A stretch of DNA of 64,000 nt from the human T2T-CHM13v2.0 reference genome, Homo sapiens, in the NCBI RefSeq assembly GCF_009914755.1, contig NC_060929.1; one strand, given 5' to 3'. Below are positions 45,110-57,631 of the stretch, one piece after another. The position numbers and the translations under genes were made by a program. The notes below the pieces were generated by a model. That model made no database searches. It had not been told where the DNA came from and saw nothing but the letters and a program-made list of their open reading frames with translations. Position 1 is the first letter of the stretch, and each line of letters opens with the position of its first letter.

Positions 45110-45970
45110 TGATAAGGTAGAATGATCAAGCATTGGTTAAGAAGTGTGTTTGGAAGCAGATATTCATTTAGACCTACAATTATATGTCACTGGTTTTTGT
45201 AATGAACTTAAAATATCAGTCAAATAATTAACTTGGAAAAATGTAAATGCAAATACCTTATGGCCATTTAAAGTTAGGTTTAATTCATCAATTTCATAAG
45301 CAGAGATAGATATGAGATGACAATCTGGTCTTGTCCAAGTCAGGCCACCCTTCCCCCACATCTATCACTCAAACTCGCCTCAACTTTATCACAGGGTTGA
45401 AGTGGTAGTATTGGGTTTATGTATCTCTAATTCCCATGAAATATTTTTTACTTAACAGACCCCACTAAATATATTCTCATTCACCCACTCAACAAATACT
45501 GATTAACTACTTATTTAATCAGGTCACCACTGACTATATGAAGGTGAACTCAGGAAACACAGCTTACAGTTTAATAGGATAGACAAATCTAAGATATAGT
45601 AAAACAAATACAATATATATTTTTAAATTTTTAAAATACTTTTTAAAAGAAAATTTACAAAAATGCAGTCTGAGAGAAGTGTGAGGGACACAAATTTAGA
45701 TTGTGGGCCAGGAATAGTCTTTCTTCAGAGGACATTATGAGGCTCAAAGAAAGAGTAGAGAGTGCCCCATATGAAGAGTGGTAGGGATACCAACACGTAT
45801 GAAGCAATAGACTATAAAGGGTTTGGAACATCAGAGGAACAGAACCAAAAATCACCAGTCTAGATGAAGTAAGGAAAAGAGAGAGGACTAAGATTCAGTT
45901 GGAAAAGTAGGCCAGAGTCAGACAATGCAAGGCCGTATGTGCCATATATTGATTTAGAATGTTTAATACA
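45110..45970. mobile_element. MIR (~45110-45310) and antisense L2 (~45475-45970) fragments
   Basis: 'cattggttaagaagtg..tggaagcaga' (MIR). 'cattcacccactcaacaaatactgatt' and 'gaaaagtaggccagagtcagac' (L2). Confidence 0.6.
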
Positions 45971-46929
45971 ATTTAGCTTTTAGAAGAAGTTAAATATTTG
46001 TGGGCAGACAAATTATTCTCCTGTCCCTCCTGTTTTCATTTAAACACTCTGCACTGACCTCATTATCTTTGGAAGCTTAAGATTCCTAAGCATCTTTCCT
46101 AAAAGCCTATTTGCCCAGGCCCTTCTGGTTCCCTCATTCAATCTCAAATTAGACCTGTTCTACTTCTCCCTTAAATTCTTATGAAGAGTTAATTTAATGA
46201 ATTCATAAGTGCTAAAATGTCATTATGCTGTTTAATATAATAAATCATTATGTTGTTCCATCAATTAATATGTCTATTTACTGATGCTTTTTAAAGCACT
46301 AACATAAAAATTGAAAAATGTGAGATTTTCAACAAATTGCCATGGGAAATGAAGGTGATATTGAAGCTGAGAAAAGTTGGCCTTATCAGATTACATCTGT
46401 GGCCAACTTTTATCCCTGAATGTAAGTGTGTGACCAGTGACATTTCCAGCAAAGCACATTTTAAGCAAAATATACTGCCTAAATAACACTTCTTCCAGAA
46501 GCAGTAATCAAATAAATGTTTTAAGTCTAGGGATTAGGAACAAAAGCCTTTTAGTTTTATTTCCTCTCCAAGGCAATCATTTTAAAGTGTGTAAAAAGTA
46601 AAAAAGTAAAGTATTTAAAGTATTTTAAATTGTTCAGAGCATAAGATGAAGGCAAAAAACAAACAAACAAAAAATAACTAACAGCAGTACAGGCAATATG
46701 ATTATTCCCAATTTAATGGTGAGAAAACAGGACATAGAAGTCAAAGAGTTAGTTAGATCAAACTTGAGTTTCATATTTACAAGTCCAAATTACAAGCCCT
46801 GTCTGTTTTCCATTTTGCAACTTGAAAAACAATTTTCTTAATATTTGGCTAATATGTATATTATGATACAGGACCTGCAGATAGTTTAGATAGATGCATT
46901 TAAATTGGATCACTTTTCCTAATCCTTCT

Positions 46930-47170
46930 TTCTCTTTCTGTAAGTTATTAAACACTCGCCCTGTAACTTTGCAGTGCTTCCCCACTGTGGGTGGAGCATT
47001 TTTCTCACAACGCTGATAGTGGATAGGGCTTTCTGATTTGGATTGGTCAATGAAATATTAGTAGATGTGACAATTAGCACAGGCTTTCAAATTCTACATA
47101 GTTCAATTTGCCCTCTTGCATTGCTGAGATCCACCATAAGTAGAGCCTGGCCTGGGTAGACATGCTCCAC
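46930..47170 (+). mobile_element. MLT1H-J-like LTR fragment
   Basis: 'tgtaactttgcagtgcttcccact..ttggtcaatgaaatattagtagatgtgac'. Confidence 0.6.
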
Positions 47171-48544
47171 TGTTCTACACATATTTAAAAGAAACCATAT
47201 TTACCCAAAAATATTCTAACAGAGGTATTAAAATTAAGAGTTATCATTTATTGTGTGCTACTATTATGTACCAGGCTTTTTTTTAAGTGTTTTATAATCT
47301 AAGCCATACATCCTACTTGCCATTTTAGAGTTTAAAACTGGCATTCAGAGAATTCATATAATTTGCTAATAAAAAATAGAATTTAGAATTGAACCACGAC
47401 CGGTTTGACTTTAATTCCATGATCTTTCCCAGTAATGTTACCTACTGGTATCTAAAATTTACCAAATTTTTCGCTAATATATGAATACCATACTTAGTTT
47501 TCAACCCCCATAAGATTCCCAGAGACATTAATAGGCATTGATAGCATTATCAATATTTTACTAAAAAATGGAAATTGAATGACTTGCCTTGTGATTTATT
47601 CAGGTAATAAAGCTATCAGTGAAGAATTCCCTCATTATTCCAAAATTATATTTAGTTCTCTGCCAAAAATATTTTTCCCTCTTGGACATGAATTCCAGTT
47701 TTCTTACCTTTTCAAATATTTTTTTCTTTCAGTTATCGCTTTACACTTTCATATTATTAATTTCTCACTTTATATGGCCAACTCAGTCCTACATATCTCT
47801 TTCCAGCAGATTTCTCCAATTCTTCCTCTCATAAAATCTGCAATCCAATCTAACTAGTCTTCACCATTCCCCTGAAACCTGCCCTCATTCAGCAGCATAA
47901 ATTTATATCTGCCTGTATGCTAATCCCAGACTCACATATCCAACTGCTTACCTGGGATCTACAAGTCAGTGATAAATAAGTACCTCCAGGTTAAGATGTT
48001 TAAAAGAATCCTTTTGAAATGAAACACTTTCAATTTATTGTGTGCTTAAGAGGGGGATAAAAGGGAACAGAGCTAGAACTGAAATTTCAAGAATCTCTGT
48101 AGGCAATAACAATGGACAACAAAATTTACAAGCACTGAATTATATTTTGATGCATAATTTCATTTCCATTGTAATATTATACTCAACTAAATCATATATT
48201 TAAAATTAATTGTAAAATGACAACTAAAATACATCAAAAGCTCTAATTTATATTTTCATAATTTTGAAAGATTTAAGATTCATTTTATTTAAAAGTAAGA
48301 TGAAGCTATTTCTGCATCTGTGTGTATACATGTGCATATACATGAATGTTTTGTAGGACATATTTCAACTTACATTAGCTACATAGGTAATTATTCTGTT
48401 GATGTTTTGGCACAAAATTTAGAACGCTTCCTATTTGATCATATGACCCAGATATTCTTCCAGCTGTAATAAATAATATCTATTTGTGCTATTTACTCCC
48501 TCACATGGTATTATATATATATATAATTATATTTTGCATTTGAT

Positions 48545-48700
48545 CTATATTGATAACATTTAAATTTTGTTCCATATACAGCACATGAAGATAATTGGCA
48601 TTGTAAGATAATATGCTCTTTGTATATTTGATGGCATTTAAATTTAGTTCTCTACACAGAAGATAAAAATAATTAGCATTATAAAATCACATACCCTTTT
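48545..48700. repeat. Old two-copy 78-bp tandem duplication
   Basis: 'tgat..catttaaattt.gttc...ta.acag...ataatt.gcatt.taa.at' at 48551 and 48629. Confidence 0.75.
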
Positions 48701-48929
48701 TGAAGAACAGAATATACGATACTAGTGTATTTACCATGATGATTAGTTGAACAGGTGCATTAATATTGGTCATGAAAATGTTGGCTATAAATCAGAGGAG
48801 AAATCATTTTAAATACATAAAATATTTGATTAATTCAATTGATACGCATGCTCAGAATTATTTCTGTATGAATAATTATATACACATACAGAGGCAAACA
48901 GTCATATTTACAAAAGTCAATACCACACT

Positions 48930-50240
48930 ATAGGTGGGAGGCATAATTTTAACATAACCCCCAAAGAGTCACGTTGTTGTACAGTTCCCTCCCTTATCAC
49001 TTGCTTCTCACCAATAAAATATGGCAAAGGTGACGGGATAGTAACTCCCTTAATGAGTTATGTTATACGGCAAAGGTGAAGGAAAGTCATTACCATGACT
49101 GTGTTGTTATATGAGACTCCGTCTTGGCAGACTGCATGGGAGATTCTCTGGCTGGCTTTGAAGTAAGCTGACATATTGTAACAAGGCCTGTGAGTGGGCC
49201 GTATGACAAGTTACAGGGGCTGCTAGTTGGTGAGTGGGCTCTGGCTGACCATTAGCATGAAATGGGGACCTCAGTCCTACAACTAAATGAAACTAATTTC
49301 TGAAACAACCATCTGAGCCCGAAAGAGGACCCTGAGCTCTAAAGAACACAGCTGAGCCAACACTGTGATTGCAGCCTTGTGAGATTCAGAGAACAGAACC
49401 GAGTTTAGCTGGACCCAAACTGAGATGAGAAATGTAAATTCCTTGGCTCTTAATAAAATGTCAGAAAAATAACAGATGCTGGCAAGGTTGCAAAGAAAAA
49501 GCAAAGCTTATACACTGTTACTGGGAATGTAAATTAATTCAACCATTGTGGAAAACAGTGTGGTAATTCCTCAATGACCTGAAAAAAAAAAAAAAGATAC
49601 CATTCAACCCAGCAATCCCATTATTGATATAGCTATATATCCAAAGGAATATATACCCAAAAGAATGTACATCTTTCTAACATAAAGACATATGCATGTG
49701 TACATTTATTACAGCACTATTCACAATAGCAAAGACATGGAATCAACCTAAATGCCCATCAATGATATACTGTGTAATAAAAAGGTGGCACATATACACC
49801 ATAGAATACTATGCAGCCATGAAAAGGAATGAGTTCATGTCCTTTGCAGGAACATGGATGGAGCTGGAAGCCATTATCCTTAGCAAACTAACGCTGGAAC
49901 AAAAAACTAAATATCATATGTTCTCACTTATAAGTGGGAGCTAAATGATGAGAACACATGGACACGTAAAGGGGAACAACACACACTGGGGCCTCAGAGA
50001 GGAGAGAGTGGGAGGAGGGAGAGGATCAGGAAAATTAACTAATGGGTACTAGGCTTAGTACCTGCGTGATGAAATAATTTCTATACCAAATCTCCATGAC
50101 ACAAATTTACCTATATATTAAACCTGCGCATGTATCCCTGAACCTAAAATAAAAGTGAAATTAAAAAAAAAAGAAATGTAAATTTTTTTAAGCTGCTAAG
50201 TTTTAGTAATTTATAACCAGCAATAGTAAATGAATGTACT
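48930..50240 (+). mobile_element. MLT1E-like LTR split by an L1PA insertion
   Basis: 'atggcaaaggtga' twice, 'ggggacctcagtcctacaac', 'gattgcagccttgtgaga'. Resumes with 'ttaagctgctaagtttt..cagcaatag' after 50184. Confidence 0.85.
49441..50171 (+). mobile_element. 5'-truncated L1PA13-16-like LINE
   Basis: ORF2 end (FTIAKTWNQPKCPS) and 3' UTR 'gagaggatcaggaaaa.taactaatgggtactaggctta'. Perfect 13-bp TSD agaaatgtaaatt at 49428-49440 and 50172-50184. Confidence 0.94.
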
Positions 50241-50243
50241 ACA

Positions 50244-50325
50244 TGTAAAATTTATACTCTAGTCATTCAATACATTGTTTCCTTTGTAAAATTTCTACTC
50301 TAGTTATTGAATACATCGTTTCCTT
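50244..50325. repeat. Two-copy 41-bp tandem duplication
   Basis: 'tgtaaaattt.tactctagt.att.aatacat.gtttcctt' at 50244 and 50285. Confidence 0.9.
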
Positions 50326-50429
50326 CTCTATGTCACTATGTTTTTAAACAAGTTCTTACATTGTTATAAAATACATAAAATGTATAAAATACATCCTATA
50401 AACACATAGAGATGTCATGTATTATTTTA

Positions 50430-53400
50430 CCACCTTATTGTCATTAAACATACACGTTGTTTTAATCTTAATTTTTTTTTGCAAATAATGTCTCAGTGAA
50501 CATCTGCAGGTATAAATTGTTTTGTATGCCATGTTAGGTTTGTAAGAGATTCCAAGCAGTGGAAATACTGTGTTCAATGGCAGGATGGTAGGAACATGTT
50601 ATGGATATTGACTCACGGTCTCAAATTGCAATCTAGAAGAATTTCACAAACTTATATGCCTTCTAATAGTATACCAAAGTTTACACAGTACAACCACACT
50701 TGCATTAGAAAAATGCATATATGCATATATGTGCATATATATATGCATATATAATTATATTAATATCATTAGCAATTTTATGGACATGCATGACAGGACA
50801 ACATTGAGATGCATTTCTTGGATTGCTAGTGATTTTGAACATATATTTGGTATGCTGTCTGGATATTTTTTCTTTTACATTGTATTTATTTTTAGATCAT
50901 GTTTTGATTACTATAGATTATATATTTAGGACATTAATCTTTGATCATCTTGTATTTTGGGGGTTTTTGTTTCATTTGTTTTTAATTCTTTTTTTTTCTT
51001 TTTATAAAAGCTGTTTGACTTTAATGTGTAATGTGTAACAAATATTTCATCCTTTTTTTTATGGTTTCACGCTTTTGTATTCAGAACATCACTGCTCAAC
51101 TTTAATTAAGCACCAAATATATTTTAAACCTTAATAACATTTATATGAACATTAGGTTTTAGTGCTTTCAGTTTTTTCATCAAAGGCTTCTGGACTTTTT
51201 TGGAATATTGTAGAAGTGTTTTCCCTTTGAAATTTTTTGAATTGAATTTTTTATTATTTTGATTTCTTATCTTTTACATATTAAATATATATATATATAT
51301 GTTCTGTCCAGAAGTTTTAATAATTTGTTGGTTAATTGTAGCATTAGGGTCACTCTCTTTCATTGTATTTTCTTTCATTAAATGTTTTAAGATCTAATTG
51401 GCAAGTCCCCACAAACTTTTATAACAAAATATTATTCTTCATTGTTTTATCCCTTCAGAAAAAGTTCAGAATTATTTCATCAAAACCAAATGAAAATGAA
51501 ATTGAGATTATGTTTGAGGTTATATTATTTATCCAGTATGTATCGTACTTGATTTTATCTAAACTAGATATATTTTACTTTTAAGGAATATAATTTGATT
51601 TCAAATTGTCTAAAATATGTTTTATGGAGCATTGCTTTAAATGACATTTTGAACATCCGCTGAGATTATTTCATAGAATTCTTAACAGACCATTCAAAGT
51701 AATGTTGTTTATAAAATAAACCAAATTGATCTTTTTTATTTATCTTTAATAGTCTTTTCAAACTAGGACCTGGCCAGCCTTTGAGAATACTGGAGGGGCC
51801 TCAGGGGCTCCTGTGTGAGCAAAGAGAAGGCAGAAGAGAGAGATTTAGCTGATGTTTGCTCCAGACTCCTGCTTAAAACAAAACATTTCTTCTTTAATCT
51901 TAATTAGGCCCCTGAGATTTTTTAATGTTTCCAGGATTTGCACATTTTATTTTTTGTTTGTTGCAAGCATGGATTACACTTACAATTCATTTGGTTATTT
52001 GAGCTTGCAAACTTCTAAAATGAATTTTGTAACTTTTAATGTTATTATCAATGTTGGAACAGTAAATATGAAATGAGAACTTCCAATTGTCCTAAAGTTT
52101 GTAGGTACAAATTTATTATTTGACCTCTGCCAAAAAAAAAAAAAAAAGTATGTTAAAAAACTCAAGGTATTATTCCAGTGTAATGAATCGGCTCAAACAT
52201 TTGTTAATATTATTATAATTTTGATAGTTTATATTGTCCTTCAAATTACCCATTTGTAGATTGTCAACTTATTAATATAAAGTTAATAAATCAACCACTA
52301 TATCTGCTCATTAAAATCTTGCTTTTATTTCTAATTATAATAATGTTATTAATTTTTCCTAGAACATATTTACTAAAGACTTTACCATTTTACTGAGGGC
52401 TTATTTTTGAAGAATTTAGTACTAAGATTCCAAATTTTTCCAAATTATCCAATATGTTTACTGTTAGGTTTAATATATATGTCCCTAATTTTATAACAAA
52501 TAAAAAATGAAACCACTTAGTTTCACAAATATAGTCTTAAAGCCATGTACATTTGTACCATAGTTTATCATTTTGTATATATGTCACTTTAATAATTTTT
52601 AAATATTCTTACAGTTTTGATTTATATAATTCAATAATTTATTCAGTAGACAATTTCTATTCAGATTTGGTGGATTTTCTGGTATCAATTATTATAATTT
52701 CTAGTTTTTTTGTACTGTGATCAGAAAATGAGGTTTATGCTGTGTGTGTTTTAAGAACTTGAGATTTTCTCTGTAGCATGCTTTAACCATTTTTTAGGTA
52801 TTGTATACATATTTAAATACTGTATATATATTTAAAAGATGTCCATGCTCTGTAGATTAAAATATTTAATCTATAATTGAGACTATATTATCCATATTTT
52901 CTATAATTTTTGTATAATTATTTGACAAATTTAGTATTGATAATATTTCTGCAACTTTCAACTTTATTTTTAAATTTACATCTGCATGAAATCATTACAG
53001 GCTGAAAGTTTTATTATTACAATATCTTCTCTGGATTTTAATTACTGCTATTTTAATTAGTATCATAATTAAACTTTTTATGTCATATTGCTGTATTTCT
53101 TAATTTTGCCCTGGGTTATTCTTTGTTTAGTACACCTAAGGCTACATCTGTTTAAACTTTGTAGTTTTCTGATACATCTTTCTTCATTTTCATATTTTTC
53201 ACATCTTTCTTTTTTAGTGGGTGTACTACTAACATAATATAATTAGATTTTCTTGAATAAAGTTGGAGAGTATGTTAATAAAAGGGATTAATATGTTTAC
53301 ATAAAACAGATACATTTTGCCTCATGTTTCTCACCAGCTTCCATGCAATTTTTAAACAGGACTCCTGGATCTTATTTTGTGCTATTTTATTCTTCCTTGC
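50430..53400 (-). mobile_element. Highly degraded ancient L1M fragments
   Basis: T-rich, with L1-like 'tgcatttcttggattgctagtgattttgaaca' and 'gtactgtgatcagaaaatg'. Confidence 0.5.
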
Positions 53401-53509
53401 ATTTAAAAATAAATGTGTACAATTTCATTGATTCATTTGTGCTGGTTTTTAAGAATGCATTATTTGAGTAGTTCTAGAAATACAGATTATATTCACACTG
53501 CACTTCTGA

Positions 53510-54010
53510 TCAATTAGAATATCCTGCTGGCTCTATGTTCAAAATATATCCACTGCCCCCTCTGCCACTACCCTGTTCTTAGCAGCCTCCAACCTGGATT
53601 ATACTACTAGCCTCCTAAACAATCATCCTGATTTTACCTTTTCCAGCAGCCAGAATTATCCTTTTAAAACAAAAGTCCAGTCAAGTCACTTCTCTTTTAA
53701 AAATTCTCCAACACTTATCTTTTCTTTCAAAGTCAGTGTCTAAGATCTTATAGTGTGAAAACTGAAGTCTTACATGTTACAGCTGCACAGTTATCTCTCT
53801 GATTCATCTCTCATGCTTGCCACATCACTTCCTCCATTCTAGCCTCCTTGACATCCTTGCTGTACCTTGGATATGCCAGTCAAATCTCTTCCTTGGATAT
53901 GCCACTCAAATCTCTACCTCAGGTCTTCCAATTGACTGCTCCTGTTGTCTAGAACACCTTTTTTTCCAGGGAGATAACTCCTTCACTTCCTTCATCTTAA
54001 GCTGCAAACA
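53510..54010 (+). mobile_element. L2 3' region
   Basis: 'caaaatatatcc..ctgccactaccctg..actagcctcctaa', 'cagcagccaga.ttatccttttaaaac' and 'acctcagg.ctt..tgctcc..tctagaac'. Confidence 0.75.
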
Positions 54011-54399
54011 TTTAGAGGGACCTCCGCTAGAGGAAGGGCAGATAGAGGAGAAAGCCCTAACCCTGAGACCTGGGCACCTAAGAATCTGTCTGTGCTCCCC
54101 ATCCCCGTGGCCCCCTCCTCCCACCAGGCCAGTAAGCCCTAAGTAACAAGCAAGACCACTGATGAAAGAAGTGAGCATGAAGGGAGAATTCTGAGGTGAA
54201 GGTGGACAGCAAAACCCTAACACATCAGGGATGGAGCAGACACACCAAGAAAACATTTCTGGCAAGACAACTCCCACTAAAATCACAAGAAACTCTACAG
54301 GAACTGTCTCAAGGATAGACTTCTTTTTCCTTTCCCCTGTCACTAGTAGGTTTTCACCCGTGCCCTGAGAAAGACAAGGGCTACCTTAAGGCTTTTGCC

Positions 54400-54905
54400 T
54401 GTAAGGAAAGGGTCTAAGCATGGTTTCAGCATTTCCTTCACTGGCAGCTGACATCCTCCTGTAGGTCTGCCCACCGAGGAAAATTTTCTCCAGTGCCCAA
54501 CCCTGCCCTCAATCTCAGGAAGCACCTTCCTCAACACCCAGGAAAGTCCATAGCCTTGTAATTGAGTGCAAATTCCCCTTTATCTGCTCTACTTTGTCTT
54601 GAGTAAGCCCACATTTGGCCTTTAGTATTTAGTTAAAAATTTTATCTGAATTGCTTTTTACCCACTTGTATTACAGCCACAATTTCCCCTTTGCTCTGCC
54701 AAGGGTAAGCCCGTGTGTGCATCCTGGTTCTTTTTGAAGACATCTGTCATTTCTCCAGTTTCAGATTAGTTGTGTGCTCTGGAGCCTAATCTCTCTGAAG
54801 GATTTGAGAAAAATATGACCTTCCAGATTACCTGCATCTTTCTTATTGCCTAGGTGAGAACAATGCTCTTTCCAGCTCTCTGTAAACTGGGTGGAAACCG
54901 GAATT
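54400..54905 (-). mobile_element. Ancient L1M (L1MC/MD-type) 5' end
   Basis: The reverse complement begins 'ttccggtttccaccc..agagagctggaaagagca', like old L1M 5' termini. Confidence 0.55.
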
Positions 54906-55404
54906 TCCCGACTTTTTATGTAGACAAATTGTTCCATGGGACAATTCTTGACTGCTTTCTGTAAGATGAAAATACCACATTCCTTCAAAGTTAAGTGGGT
55001 CTGAATTTCTTCATTTTTATGCAAAGTTTATGAAAAAACGTAATATACATTCAGCTTGACGGGTCAACTTTTCCTATTTAACCAATATTACTTCTTATTT
55101 GTGTGTATGATAGCGCCCTTCTGTATGAATTTTTCTATTTTTCTTCTAATTTTCTGGTTAGGCATTAAAATAAATTGTCAAGAAATTATTCATTTGGGCC
55201 TACCATGTCTTAATTTGTATTCTATTTTATTCTATTTAATTTTTTTTCTTTTCCAGGAAGCATTTTTGTTCTCTAGCTTTGTTTTACAAGCAGTCTGAGT
55301 TCTCTTTATGCTAAAACAGAGGCTGATCTTGATCTTGAGGCATATTAACATTACTTCAGAGAATAACAAAACTCAGCCTCCTATCTTCTGTTTTAAAAAT
55401 AAAA

Positions 55405-56640
55405 ACACTTTATTGAGGTATAATTGACAAAAAAAAGCTGTAGATATTTGGTATATGTAAGCTGATGTGTTTAGAGATCATTATACATCCATAAAACCAT
55501 GAAACTATCATCACTATTAATGCCATAAACTTATCCATTACTGCCAAAATTTTCCTCCCATGCCTTTAGTTCAGTTTAGTTTTCCTTTTGTGGTAAGAAC
55601 ACTTAATATAAGAGCAACCCTATTAGCAAATTTGTAAGTATACAATTGTTAATAATAGGTCCGTGTGTATGGTAGATGTCCATATCTTATTATTGTATAT
55701 AACTGAAACTCTGCCATGTTTCTTCCTCCCTTACAATTCCTGGCAAATTAACCTTTCACTTTCTGCTTCTGTGTGTAAAGATTTTAGATTCTACATATAA
55801 ATAAGATCATGCAGTATTTGCCTTTCTATAGCTGGCTTATTTCACTCAGTATAATGTCCTCTAGGTCCGTCAATGTTGTCACAAATGGCAAGAGTCCCTT
55901 CTTTTAAGGCTGAATAATATTCTATTGTATGTATGTATGTACCATATTTTCTTTATCTGTTCATCTGTCAATGGACATTTAGGCTGTTTTCATATCTTGG
56001 CTATTGTGAATAATGCTGCAATTACCATGGAAGTGCAGATATCTTTTCAAGATCCAGATTTCAATTTACTTGGATATACAGGAGGCTCTCCTTATTTATG
56101 GTTTCATTTTCTGCAGTTTTAGTTTTCTGTGCTAACTGCAGTCTGAAAATGTTAGATGAAAAATTTCAGAAATAAGTTATAAGTTTTAAATTGTGCATCA
56201 CCATTCTGAGTAGTGTGATGAAATCTTGCACCATCCTGCTCTCTCCCACCCAAGATGTGAATCCCTCCTTTGTCCGCTATATCCATACTGTCTATACTAC
56301 CTACTCATTAGTCATTAAGTAGCTGTCTAGGGTATCAGATCAACTACCTTGGTATGGCAGTTGTGTTCAAGTAATCCTTATCTGACTTACTAATGGCCCC
56401 AAAGCCCATGAGTAGTGATGCTGGCAATTTGGAAGCAAAGAGAAGTAATAAAGTTCTTCCTTTAAGTGAAAAGGTGACTTTGGCCTTCCTTAGCCATAGT
56501 TTGGCACATCTGTAATTTCAGGCATTCACTAGGGCCCTTGGAATGCATCCCCTGTTGATAAGTGGGGACTACTATATATCCAAAAGTGGGATTGCTGGAT
56601 CAAATGGAAATTCTGTTTTTAATTTTTTTGAAAACCACCA
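55405..56640 (-). mobile_element. L1MA/L1MB 3' UTR interrupted by a Tigger-derived MITE
   Basis: 'tttattgaggtataattgaca', 'ctggcttatttcactcag' and 'ggctgaataatattctattg'. Resumes with 'ccaaaagtgggattgctggatca'. Confidence 0.85.
56079..56574. mobile_element. MER44/Tigger7-like DNA transposon
   Basis: TA-flanked. Ends 'gataagtggggactact'. Internal 'gagtagtgatgctggcaattt..cctttaagtgaaaaggtga'. Confidence 0.85.
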
Positions 56641-56715
56641 AAGGTGTTAAACGGCTGTTAAAGCCATTAAGTTTTTCAATTCAGTTATTTTATTATTCAG
56701 TTTCAAAATGTCTGC

Positions 56716-57036
<321 letters not shown>

Positions 57037-57327
57037 TCATTCTTTTTTATGATATGTATTTCTTTTTGGAATACTTTTGTTCATGTATTATTTACCTAAT
57101 TTTGTTTAGTTGTCAATCTCTGCAGTCTTGGCAGCTAATTGAACTTTTTAGGATGATTATTTTAAATTTTTGTCAAGCAGTTCATAGATTTCTATTTCTT
57201 TAGAATCAGTTACTACAGTTTTATTAGATTCCTTTGGTGCTGTCACATTTGCCTGATACCTTGTGATCCTTGCAGCCTTGCATTGATGTCTGAGAATGTG
57301 GAGACGAAGTCATCTCTTCCAGTTTTT

Positions 57328-57631
57328 TTTGTTGTTGTTGTTTTGTTTTGTTTTGAGACAGAGTCTTGCTCACTGCAACCTCTGCCTTCCAGTTTCGTCT
57401 CACTCACTGCAACCTCTGCCTCCCAGGTTCAAGCAATCCTTGTGCCTCAGCCTCCCCAGTAGCTAGGATTGCAGGTGTGCACCACCACAACCGGCTAATT
57501 TTTGTATTTTTAGTAGAGAAGGAGTTTCACCATGTTGGCCAGGCTGGTCTTGAACTTCTGACCTCAGGTGATCCGCCCACCTTGGCCTTCCAAAGTGCTG
57601 AGATTACAGGCATGAGCCACCATGCCCAGCC
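57328..57631 (-). mobile_element. AluS-type SINE with a rearranged 3' end
   Basis: TSD ctcttccagttttt at 57314-57327 and 57634-57647. Duplicated 'ctcactgcaacctctgcc'. Confidence 0.94.

Noticed and set aside
50713-50752. Self-complementary (ATGCATAT)n-like tract
   Set aside because: An ordinary decayed TA/TG microsatellite. Such repeats are inherently palindromic.
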